Assembly (NCBI RefSeq): GCF_000018105.1
Contig: NC_009925.1
Location: 690,001 to 722,000 of the forward strand
Length of the DNA stretch: 32,000 bases
Direction of reading: 5' to 3'
Source: Acaryochloris marina MBIC11017
GTDB lineage: Bacteria; Cyanobacteriota; Cyanobacteriia; Thermosynechococcales; Thermosynechococcaceae
Below are positions 17,378 to 25,040 of the stretch, in pieces. How positions within the stretch are numbered: position 1 is the first letter of the stretch; each line of letters starts with the position of its first letter. Made by a program: the position numbers and the translations under genes. The notes below the pieces were generated by a model that searched no databases, was not told the origin of the DNA, and saw only the letters and a program-made list of their open reading frames with translations.

Positions 17378-18160
17378 ATGAGTGCATTGAGCCAGTTTTA
17401 CACCGATTTCAAAACCAAAAACCGTGAGGTTGCCCTCAAAGCAGGGGAAGGCTTGTTGCGTCAGTTGGAGCGCATCATTCGAACCTCTTCCCTAGTGGGC
17501 AACTCAACCTTCTTCGATCCTGATCAGTTTGAATGGGTCAAAACCTTCGAAGATAACTGGCAGGTGATTCGGAAGGAACTCGATGAGATTCTCAAATATA
17601 GAGACGACCTGCCGAATTTCCAAGATATTTCCCCGGATCAGTACAACATAACCAATGATCAGCGCTGGAAAACCTTTTTCTTCTATGCCTATGGGGTGAC
17701 GGCAGAGCAAAACTGCCGCCTCTGCCCGGAAACGGCCAAGCTGTTGTCCAGTATCCCCGGGGTTAAAACGGCTTTTTTCTCGATTTTGCTGCCCCAAAAG
17801 CAAATCCCGCCCCACCGAGGTCCCTTTAATGGCGTGTTGCGCTACCATTTGGGCTTGATCATCCCTGAGGCTGCCTCAGACTGTGGGATTCGGGTGGGAG
17901 ACGATGTCCGCCATTGGCAAGAAGGCAAAAGCCTCGTGTTCGATGACTCCTTCGAGCATGAAGCCTGGAATAATACCGATGAAGTTCGGGTGGTCCTCTT
18001 TGTCGATATTGTCCGTCCCCTCAAATTCCCTGCGTCCCTGCTGAATCAATTTATTATTCAGCTGATTGCCTGGTCTCCCTATATCAAGGATGCCGAAACC
18101 AATCAAAAGAAATGGGACCAGCGGTTACAAGGGCTGTTCAAATCGAAAACGAATTCATAA
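17378..18160 (+). CDS. Aspartyl/asparaginyl beta-hydroxylase family oxygenase, paralog 3
   Basis: It reads CPETAKLLSSIPGVKTAFFSILLPQKQIPPHRGPFNGVLRYHLGLIIP...VFDDSFEHEAWNNTDEVRVVLFVDIVRP. Confidence 0.75.
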   Translation: MSALSQFYTDFKTKNREVALKAGEGLLRQLERIIRTSSLVGNSTFFDPDQFEWVKTFEDNWQVIRKELDEILKYRDDLPNFQDISPDQYNITNDQRWKTFFFYAYGVTAEQNCRLCPETAKLLSSIPGVKTAFFSILLPQKQIPPHRGPFNGVLRYHLGLIIPEAASDCGIRVGDDVRHWQEGKSLVFDDSFEHEAWNNTDEVRVVLFVDIVRPLKFPASLLNQFIIQLIAWSPYIKDAETNQKKWDQRLQGLFKSKTNS

Positions 18161-18173
18161 TCCTGTAGTCAGG

Positions 18174-20054
18174 ATGGAGTATAACGTGGCTGAAACAACC
18201 AATTGGGACGCCAAGGTCGAAGGAACCTGTCCGCCAAAGGTAGACAGTTTGGTGGATCTGCTCCGCTATCGAGCGACTCACCAGCCAGACCATAAAGGCT
18301 TTACCTTTCTCGTCGATGGTGAAGACGAAACCCTCCATCTCACCTATGCAGAGCTGGATGCCAAAGCCCGTGCGATCGCAGCTGCGTTACAGTCGGCCTG
18401 TCAACCGGGTGATCGAGCCCTATTGGTTTATCAGCCTGGATTAGAATATGTGGCCGCTTTCTTTGGCTGCCTCTATGCGGGCGTCACGGCAGTCCCCATT
18501 TATCCACCCCGTCCGAATCGCTCCCTGATGCGATTGCAGAGTGTGATCGCGGACTCCCAAGCCATTTTTGCCCTGACCACCTCTCAAATTCTGTCGAAGC
18601 TAGAACGACAGTTGATTGATGCCCCAGAGTTAAGGGCCCTAAAGTGGTTGGCCACTGATAGTCTTAGCGTCACCGAACCTCGTCAAGCTTGGCAAGAGAT
18701 TCATCCCCAAGGTCAAGATTTAGCCTTTCTTCAATACACCTCTGGCTCAACCGCAACGCCCAAAGGGGTGATGATTACCCATCACAATCTGTTGCAGAAC
18801 CTGGCGCTGATTCATCAATGCTTTGAGCATAGTTCTCAGTGCCAAGGCGTGATTTGGCTACCGCCCTACCACGATATGGGCTTGATCGGCGGGATTTTGC
18901 AGCCTTTATACGGCGGGTTCCCCGTGGCCCTGATGTCTCCCTTTATGTTTTTACAGAGTCCCATTCGCTGGCTGCAAGCCATTTCTCGCTATCGGGCGAC
19001 CACCAGTGGGGGACCAAATTTTGCCTACGATTTATGTTTGCGCAAGATCAAGCCAGAACAGATTGAAACCCTAGATCTAAGCTCCTGGCGGGTGGCCTTT
19101 AATGGCGCAGAACCCATCAGTGCTCAAACCCTCGAAGACTTTGCCACCAAGTTTGCATCCTGTGGATTTCGGCCTGAAGCCTTTTTCCCCTGTTATGGCC
19201 TTGCCGAAGCCACCCTGATCGTTTCTGGGGGACAGAGACAGGCTAAACCTGCGCTTAAAACGGTCCAAGGGGCAGCCTTAGAACAACATCAAGTCGTCTC
19301 TGCTCACTTAGGAGATACAGATGCTCGCACCTTAGTGGGCTGCGGTACTGCTCTCCAAGGCCAAGAAATTGTGATCGCCAATCCTGAAACCCTCCAACAA
19401 TGTTCAGCCGAAGAAGTCGGCGAAATTTGGGTGTCTGGCCAAAGCATTGCCCAGGGATACTGGCGGCAATCGGAAGTATCTGGGGAAACCTTTCAGGCCC
19501 ATTTGGCCGATACCGGAGCTGGCCCCTTTTTACGCACCGGAGACTATGGCTTTTTGGTGGGTTCCGAGCTGTTTGTGACCGGACGCCTAAAGGACGTGAT
19601 TATCATCAATGGCCGCAATCATTATCCCCAGGACATTGAGTTGACCGTCGTCCAAAGCTATCCGGGGATTCGACCCAATTGTGCTGCAGCGTTTTCGATT
19701 ACGGAAGCCGGGGAAGAACGGCTAGTCGTAGTGGCGGAATTGGAGCGGAACTATATCAATCGCTATCAAAAAAATGGCAAGAAGCCCTCTTCCCAACCGC
19801 CTCAGCTCAATAATTTTGTCCCCCCCACCAGCCTGACTGAGGAATCAGAACCCGCTGCCGTCGAAAAAGATATTCTCACTCAAATCCGTCGAGCCGTTGC
19901 CAAAGACCATGACCTGCAGATTCATGCCCTGCTGCTGCTCAAACCCGGCAGTATTCCCAAGACCTCTAGTGGTAAAATCCAGCGGTTTACCTGTAGAGCC
20001 AAGTTTCTAGAGGGAGACCTAGAGAGCGTGGCCAAGAGTGTGCCCCGCGCCTAA
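18174..20054 (+). CDS. Fatty acyl-AMP ligase (FAAL), copy 2
   Basis: It reads LVDLLRYRATHQPDHKGFTFL...LTYAELDAKARAIAAAL...GLEYVAAFFGCLYAGVTAVPIYPPRPNRS, then LAFLQYTSGSTATPKGVMITHHN and IPKTSSGKIQR. The ATG at 18174 (MEYNV) avoids overlap with the upstream hydroxylase; the track start at 18066 is rejected. Confidence 0.85.
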   Translation: MEYNVAETTNWDAKVEGTCPPKVDSLVDLLRYRATHQPDHKGFTFLVDGEDETLHLTYAELDAKARAIAAALQSACQPGDRALLVYQPGLEYVAAFFGCLYAGVTAVPIYPPRPNRSLMRLQSVIADSQAIFALTTSQILSKLERQLIDAPELRALKWLATDSLSVTEPRQAWQEIHPQGQDLAFLQYTSGSTATPKGVMITHHNLLQNLALIHQCFEHSSQCQGVIWLPPYHDMGLIGGILQPLYGGFPVALMSPFMFLQSPIRWLQAISRYRATTSGGPNFAYDLCLRKIKPEQIETLDLSSWRVAFNGAEPISAQTLEDFATKFASCGFRPEAFFPCYGLAEATLIVSGGQRQAKPALKTVQGAALEQHQVVSAHLGDTDARTLVGCGTALQGQEIVIANPETLQQCSAEEVGEIWVSGQSIAQGYWRQSEVSGETFQAHLADTGAGPFLRTGDYGFLVGSELFVTGRLKDVIIINGRNHYPQDIELTVVQSYPGIRPNCAAAFSITEAGEERLVVVAELERNYINRYQKNGKKPSSQPPQLNNFVPPTSLTEESEPAAVEKDILTQIRRAVAKDHDLQIHALLLLKPGSIPKTSSGKIQRFTCRAKFLEGDLESVAKSVPRA

Positions 20055-20418
20055 AAGAAAATAGCAACTCTTGGAACTTTTGCAGGCAAAAAGTCAGTCT
20101 CAACTTACACACTTATCTCAGGAAGGACATCAGCCATGCTTACCATGAGTCAGTTTCAATTGACGCAACCTTGATCACTTTTCCCCCCTCTGGACTAAGT
20201 TATAACTACCCTATAGCGGCAAGGGAATAGACCGATCAGCGGCATTACTAAGGAGATTGGAACATTTAGTTTCTGAGATTTTAAAGAATGGGCCAATTGA
20301 TTAATCTCTACATGCCACCTTGTTGCTGTTAAATAAATCTTTTATGATGAACCGAAGTTTTAACTTAAATTCACAATTCGGTTTAACCTGTTGTCTAAGC
20401 AATTAGAGTAAAAACAAT

Positions 20419-20874
20419 ATGCCAATCCAGGATAACTATCAAAGCACGGTCGCTGTGGCGGAAGCACAGCCTCAGGGCGCTGTTTCGCCCTTGGAGACTT
20501 CCCCTAAACTAGCAGATATTCAAGCCTGGTTAAAAAAACACTTGGCAACTTCTTTGGAAATGAGTCCAGAGGAAATTGATATCGATGTGGATTTCATTGA
20601 TTACGGAATGAACTCCGTAGAAGTCGTCAATATTTCCGGTGAACTAGAACATTTTCTGGGTCGCCGTTTGGATCCCATGCTGGTTTTAGATTATTCCAAT
20701 ATTCGTGAATTATCAGAGCACCTAGTAACCGATAATGAAGGCAGTTCTCCCACTACTTCAGCATTACCCACAGAAGCCGATGAACTCCTATCCAAATTGG
20801 ATGTACTGAGTGACGATGAAGTGGATGGTCTGCTGAACGCGATGTTGTCAGAGCATAATGTTGCCCATGAGTAA
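20419..20874 (+). CDS. Stand-alone acyl/peptidyl carrier protein (PP-binding) with N- and C-terminal extensions
   Basis: The sequence DVDFIDYGMNSVEVVNISGELEHFLGRRL fits the DxxFxxxGxDS carrier motif, with the candidate phosphopantetheine Ser66 at 20614..20616. The protein is 151 aa with an acidic tail, and the gene overlaps the next gene by 17 nt. Confidence 0.7.
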   Translation: MPIQDNYQSTVAVAEAQPQGAVSPLETSPKLADIQAWLKKHLATSLEMSPEEIDIDVDFIDYGMNSVEVVNISGELEHFLGRRLDPMLVLDYSNIRELSEHLVTDNEGSSPTTSALPTEADELLSKLDVLSDDEVDGLLNAMLSEHNVAHE

Positions 20875-22192
20875 TTCCTCTAATTCCCTGGATCATCTCT
20901 CCGCAGAAGAAAAGCGCGAATTGCTGGCGGAATTATTGCAGAAAAAAGCCGACGCTGAACCTGAGATTCCTCCCGAGCACTATCGCTTCGATCTCTACCC
21001 TGAATATCTCCAGCTCAAAGAGCAACAAGCCCAACTGCAGGCGAATGATATCCGCAACCCTTATTTCTCCGTCCATGAAGGGATTGCCCGAGATACCACC
21101 CGCATTGATGGAAAAGAGCTGATCAACTTCTCCAGCTACAACTATTTAGGGCTAGCCGGACATCCGACGGTTTCTGAAACAGCTAAACAAGCCATTGACC
21201 GCTACGGCACTTCGGTGTCAGCCAGCCGCCCCGTTTCTGGTGAGAAACCCTTACATTTAGAGCTTGAGCAAGGAATTGCAGACTTTATTGGTGTAGATGA
21301 CGCCGTTCTTTACGTCGCGGGTCACGGTACCAACGTCACAACCATTGGGCATTTATTTGGCCGTAATGACCTGATTCTTTACGATGCCTATAGTCACAAC
21401 AGTATTTTTCTTGGCTGTGTACTGTCGGGCGCTCGGGCCATGTCGTTTGCCCATAATGATGTAGCCGATCTAGAAAGACTTTTAAAGCAGCATCGTCATC
21501 GCTATCAGCGAGTTCTGGTAGTGATTGAAGGGGTCTACAGTGCCGATGGCGACATTCCTGAATTACCTAAATTTATTGAACTCAAAGAACGCCACAAAGC
21601 TTTTCTGATGGTGGATGAAGCCCACTCGATTGGTGTTTTGGGCGAACATGGTCAGGGTATTAGCGAGCATTTTGGCATTGACCCCAAAACGGTCGATATT
21701 TGGATGGGCACCCTTAGTAAGTCCTTTGCCAGCTGTGGCGGATATATTGCCGGTTCTCAGCCCCTGATTGAATATCTCAAATGTACGGCACCGGGATTTA
21801 TCTATAGTATTGGCATTACCCCTGCCAATACGGCGGCCTCTTTGGCGGCGCTACAAGTTTTGAAACAAGAACCTGAACGCGTAGCTAGGCTCCATGCTCG
21901 GGCTCAGTTGTTCCTCGACTTGGCTAAAGAAAAAGGATTGAATACTGGTACCAGTCACGGTTCAGCGGTGATTCCGGTGATGGTGGGGGAGACCCTTAAA
22001 GCCCTGCACTTGTCGCAGCAGCTATTTCACCAAGGGATTAATGTTCAGCCCATGACCTTCCCGGTGGTGCCCCAAAACGAGGCTCGACTTCGCTTTTTCC
22101 TCAGCAGCACCCATACGGAAGCGCAAATTCGCCAAACCGTAGAGACCCTCGCTGCTGCCCTAGCTCATATTGAGACTGAAATCCCTGCCTAA
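20858..22192 (+). CDS. PLP-dependent alpha-oxoamine synthase (serine palmitoyltransferase / BioF / KBL family)
   Basis: It has NFSSYNYLGLAGHP, MVDEAHSIGVLGEHGQG and GTLSKSF, with the PLP lysine codon at 21719..21721. The N-terminal extension reads NPYFSVHEG...IDGKELI. Confidence 0.85.
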   Translation: MLPMSNSSNSLDHLSAEEKRELLAELLQKKADAEPEIPPEHYRFDLYPEYLQLKEQQAQLQANDIRNPYFSVHEGIARDTTRIDGKELINFSSYNYLGLAGHPTVSETAKQAIDRYGTSVSASRPVSGEKPLHLELEQGIADFIGVDDAVLYVAGHGTNVTTIGHLFGRNDLILYDAYSHNSIFLGCVLSGARAMSFAHNDVADLERLLKQHRHRYQRVLVVIEGVYSADGDIPELPKFIELKERHKAFLMVDEAHSIGVLGEHGQGISEHFGIDPKTVDIWMGTLSKSFASCGGYIAGSQPLIEYLKCTAPGFIYSIGITPANTAASLAALQVLKQEPERVARLHARAQLFLDLAKEKGLNTGTSHGSAVIPVMVGETLKALHLSQQLFHQGINVQPMTFPVVPQNEARLRFFLSSTHTEAQIRQTVETLAAALAHIETEIPA

Positions 22193-22206
22193 TTGGGGGT
22201 GCCCAT

Positions 22207-22878
22207 ATGGCTGAAGTAGTGTGGATTGCGCGGCATGGCCATCGGCAAGATTATGCTGACTTAGGCTGGCGAAAACGGGCAGAACGTCCCCATGACCCAG
22301 GTCTTTCGGCTGCAGGAGTAGTGGAGGCTCAAGATCTGGCTCAGTGTCTTAAGTCAGAATCCATTGAGCATATCGTTGCCTCCCCTTTTTTACGAACTGT
22401 TGTAACAGCCGCTCATACAGCAACGGCGCTAGCTTTGCCGATCCAGCTTGAAGCCGGTCTAGGGGAACATATGAGCTCCAAGCTGTTTAAGCATCGTCCA
22501 GAACCACTGCCTGTCGATGAAATGGCCGATCGATTCCCTCAAGTTGATCGACTCTACCAGAGCCAAATTATTCCTCCTTTTCCAGAAACAGAAGAAGAAG
22601 CGCTCGCTCGAGCCGGAAAAGCACTGCAGCAATTATTGGACACCTTTTCAGGGCCGCTGCTGATTGTTACCCATGAGTTGATTGGCAAAGGAGCGGTTTG
22701 GGGGCTGGTCAATCAACGCCCTCCCGTTCGCTTTCCCACCTGTAGCTTAACCAAACTGGTCCATGAGCAGGGAGAATGGAAGATGGCTTTTACGGGCAAA
22801 ACTTCCCATCTCAGCCAGCCCCGCCACCCGATTCCAGAGATCTGGAATTATCTATTACGGCAAATTGTTCATCGCTAA
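22207..22878 (+). CDS. Histidine phosphatase superfamily (phosphoglycerate-mutase-like) protein
   Basis: It has the N-terminal RHG motif (VVWIARHGHRQDY) and a distal LLIVTHE histidine. Confidence 0.7.
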   Translation: MAEVVWIARHGHRQDYADLGWRKRAERPHDPGLSAAGVVEAQDLAQCLKSESIEHIVASPFLRTVVTAAHTATALALPIQLEAGLGEHMSSKLFKHRPEPLPVDEMADRFPQVDRLYQSQIIPPFPETEEEALARAGKALQQLLDTFSGPLLIVTHELIGKGAVWGLVNQRPPVRFPTCSLTKLVHEQGEWKMAFTGKTSHLSQPRHPIPEIWNYLLRQIVHR

Positions 22879-22932
22879 GGGTGAGGGTTCCAAGGCAATT
22901 TCTATCATTCAGGACAACCTTTGAGTTAGCGA

Positions 22933-23754
22933 ATGGACTTTAATCAGCGCCATATCATGATTACGGGTGGATCGAGTGGCATTGGTAAAGCCACTGCCTG
23001 CCTCCTTGCCAATCAGGGGGCCAATCTCTCCTTGATTGCTCGCACACCGAGTCAATTAGACATCGCAGTCCAGGAGATTACAGCGGCTCAGGTCCAGTCA
23101 GACCAGCAGGCTTTAGCATTCGCAGCAGATGTAGCTGACCGAGAAGCCTCAACTCAAGCCATCCAAACCGCAACGGCTCAACTGGGACCGCCCGATATTT
23201 TAATTACCGCTGCAGGGATAGCTCGTCCAGGCTATTTTCAAGAAATACCGCTAGAGGTTTTTGAGCAAACGATGGCGGTCAACTACTTTGGTACCTTGTA
23301 TGCGATCAAAGCGGTTTTGCCCCTTATGGAGGAACGTCAGCGGGGGCATATTGTGTTGATTTCGTCAGGGGCAGGACTGGTAGGACTCTTTGGTTATACC
23401 CCCTATAGCCCTAGTAAGTTTGCACTGCGGGGGTTGGCCGAATCTTTACGGGGAGAACTGAAAGGGATTGGAATTGGTTTATCGATTGTTTATCCCCCCG
23501 ATACCGATACACCTCAACTGGAAGCAGAGAATAAAACCAAGCCTCCAGAAACAAAAAATATCACCGCCTCGGCGGAGATGTGGCAACCGGAAGCTGTGGC
23601 CCAAGAGATTGTCAAAGGGATTAAACACCAAAAGTTTGTGGTGGCGCCTGGTTTAGAAATGGGGCTATTGGCTAAGCTGCACAGTGTTTTAGCCCCAGGG
23701 CTGAACTGGTATTTTGATCGGATTGTTACGAAGACGAGATCGCAATCCTCTTAA
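22933..23754 (+). CDS. Short-chain dehydrogenase, 3-ketodihydrosphingosine reductase (KDSR/FVT1)-like
   Basis: It reads [11 protein letters not shown]...[15 protein letters not shown]...[24 protein letters not shown]. I recall human KDSR as [10 protein letters not shown]...YSASKFAIRGLAEAL...[24 protein letters not shown], and the two track along the whole length. Confidence 0.75.
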   Translation: [273 protein letters not shown]

Positions 23755-25034
23755 TGGACGTTTCTAACCCCAAAGACCTGAACCTGAATCGCTTGCAGGA
23801 GTGCGATCGCAGTTTTCATGATTGGTATCGCTTTATCTTGTCCTTTCCGCCCCATTTAGTTCGCACCTATATCAATAAGTTTGGTCTGACCGAAAAAAGC
23901 ACGCTACTAGATCCCTTTTGTGGCACCGGGACAACGATTGTAGAGGCCAAAAAGCAGGGCATTCCTGCCGTTGGCACCGAAGCAACCCCCATGTCCTGGT
24001 TTGCCTCCCGGACCAAAACCACCTGGACCGTTGACCCGGATCAGGTGCGAAGGGCTGCAGAACGGATTTGCGATCGCCTGGCCACCGATATTACACCTAA
24101 AAATACAACCCACCTAAAAAAGCTGGCACCAGACGCGCGATCTCTCCTGCTTACAAACTCCATTGGCGATCTGCCCCTCCATAAATGTTTGGTCCTGCGA
24201 GAGGCTATCGATGCCGAATCCAATCTGCCACTGCGACATCTTCTTCAGCTCGCCCTCGCCCATACCAGCGTCCACACTGCTAGCAACCTCCGATTTGCCC
24301 CAGAAGTGGGTATTAGCCGCCAGCGAAAACAGGATGCCCCTGTCTTGACGGCTTGGCATCAGCAGGTTTTGGCGATGGCAGCGGACTTAGCAACCATTGA
24401 TCGCCCCCCTGGAACAATTTGTTATCACCAAGATGCCCGGGATTTAACCCGAATTCTGCAGCCAGAATCCATTGACGCGGTGATTACCTCTCCCCCCTAT
24501 CCGAATGAAAAAGACTATACCCGCACTACCCGACTAGAATCGGTGCTGCTTGGTTTTCTCAAGGACCCATCCGACTTGAAAGCTTATAAGCAATCACTGC
24601 TCCGCTCCAACACCCGCAATGCCTTTGCAGCGGATCAGGATGATTTATGGGTAGCAAACACACCGCAAATCACCCAGCTTGCTGCCACTATCGAACGCCG
24701 CCGGCTAGAATTGGGCAAAGATTCTGGGTTTGAGAAGTTATATCATAGGGTCACCTCCCTCTACTTTGGGGGCATGAAACGCCATTTTGCGAATTTGCGC
24801 CCCATCCTCAAACCGGGAGCCCAACTAGCCTATGTTGTTGGCGATCAAGCCTCTTTCCTTCAGGTTTTAATTCGAACCGGAGATCTATTGGCGGCCATTG
24901 CTGAAGAACTTGGCTATATAGTCCGGGACGTAGAGCTGTTTCGAACTCGCTTATCCAGTGTCACGGGCGAACAATTACGGGAAGAAGTCGTTTGGCTGGA
25001 ATGGCCAGGGTATAAGCGATTGTCCTCCCCCTAA
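23754..25034 (+). CDS. SAM-dependent amino-methyltransferase fold protein (N6/N4 DNA-methylase-like)
   Basis: Motif I is LLDPFCGTGTTIVEA near the N-terminus, and motif IV is AVITSPPYPNEKDY about 190 residues later. The start overlaps the SDR stop (TAATG at 23752..23756). Confidence 0.65.
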   Translation: MDVSNPKDLNLNRLQECDRSFHDWYRFILSFPPHLVRTYINKFGLTEKSTLLDPFCGTGTTIVEAKKQGIPAVGTEATPMSWFASRTKTTWTVDPDQVRRAAERICDRLATDITPKNTTHLKKLAPDARSLLLTNSIGDLPLHKCLVLREAIDAESNLPLRHLLQLALAHTSVHTASNLRFAPEVGISRQRKQDAPVLTAWHQQVLAMAADLATIDRPPGTICYHQDARDLTRILQPESIDAVITSPPYPNEKDYTRTTRLESVLLGFLKDPSDLKAYKQSLLRSNTRNAFAADQDDLWVANTPQITQLAATIERRRLELGKDSGFEKLYHRVTSLYFGGMKRHFANLRPILKPGAQLAYVVGDQASFLQVLIRTGDLLAAIAEELGYIVRDVELFRTRLSSVTGEQLREEVVWLEWPGYKRLSSP

Positions 25035-25040
25035 GCACAG

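Noticed and set aside
18066-18173. N-terminal extension of FAAL2 in the track ORF
   Set aside because: It would overlap the last 95 nt of hydroxylase 3. FAAL homology begins after the ATG at 18174.
20055-20418. Possible structured RNA or small gene in the 364-bp gap inside the lipid cluster (hairpin aaccgaa...ttcggtt; 12-codon ORF MLTMSQFQLTQP)
   Set aside because: The stem is only 7 bp with a 20-nt loop, and the ORF is too short to evaluate. The gap is most simply an internal promoter region.
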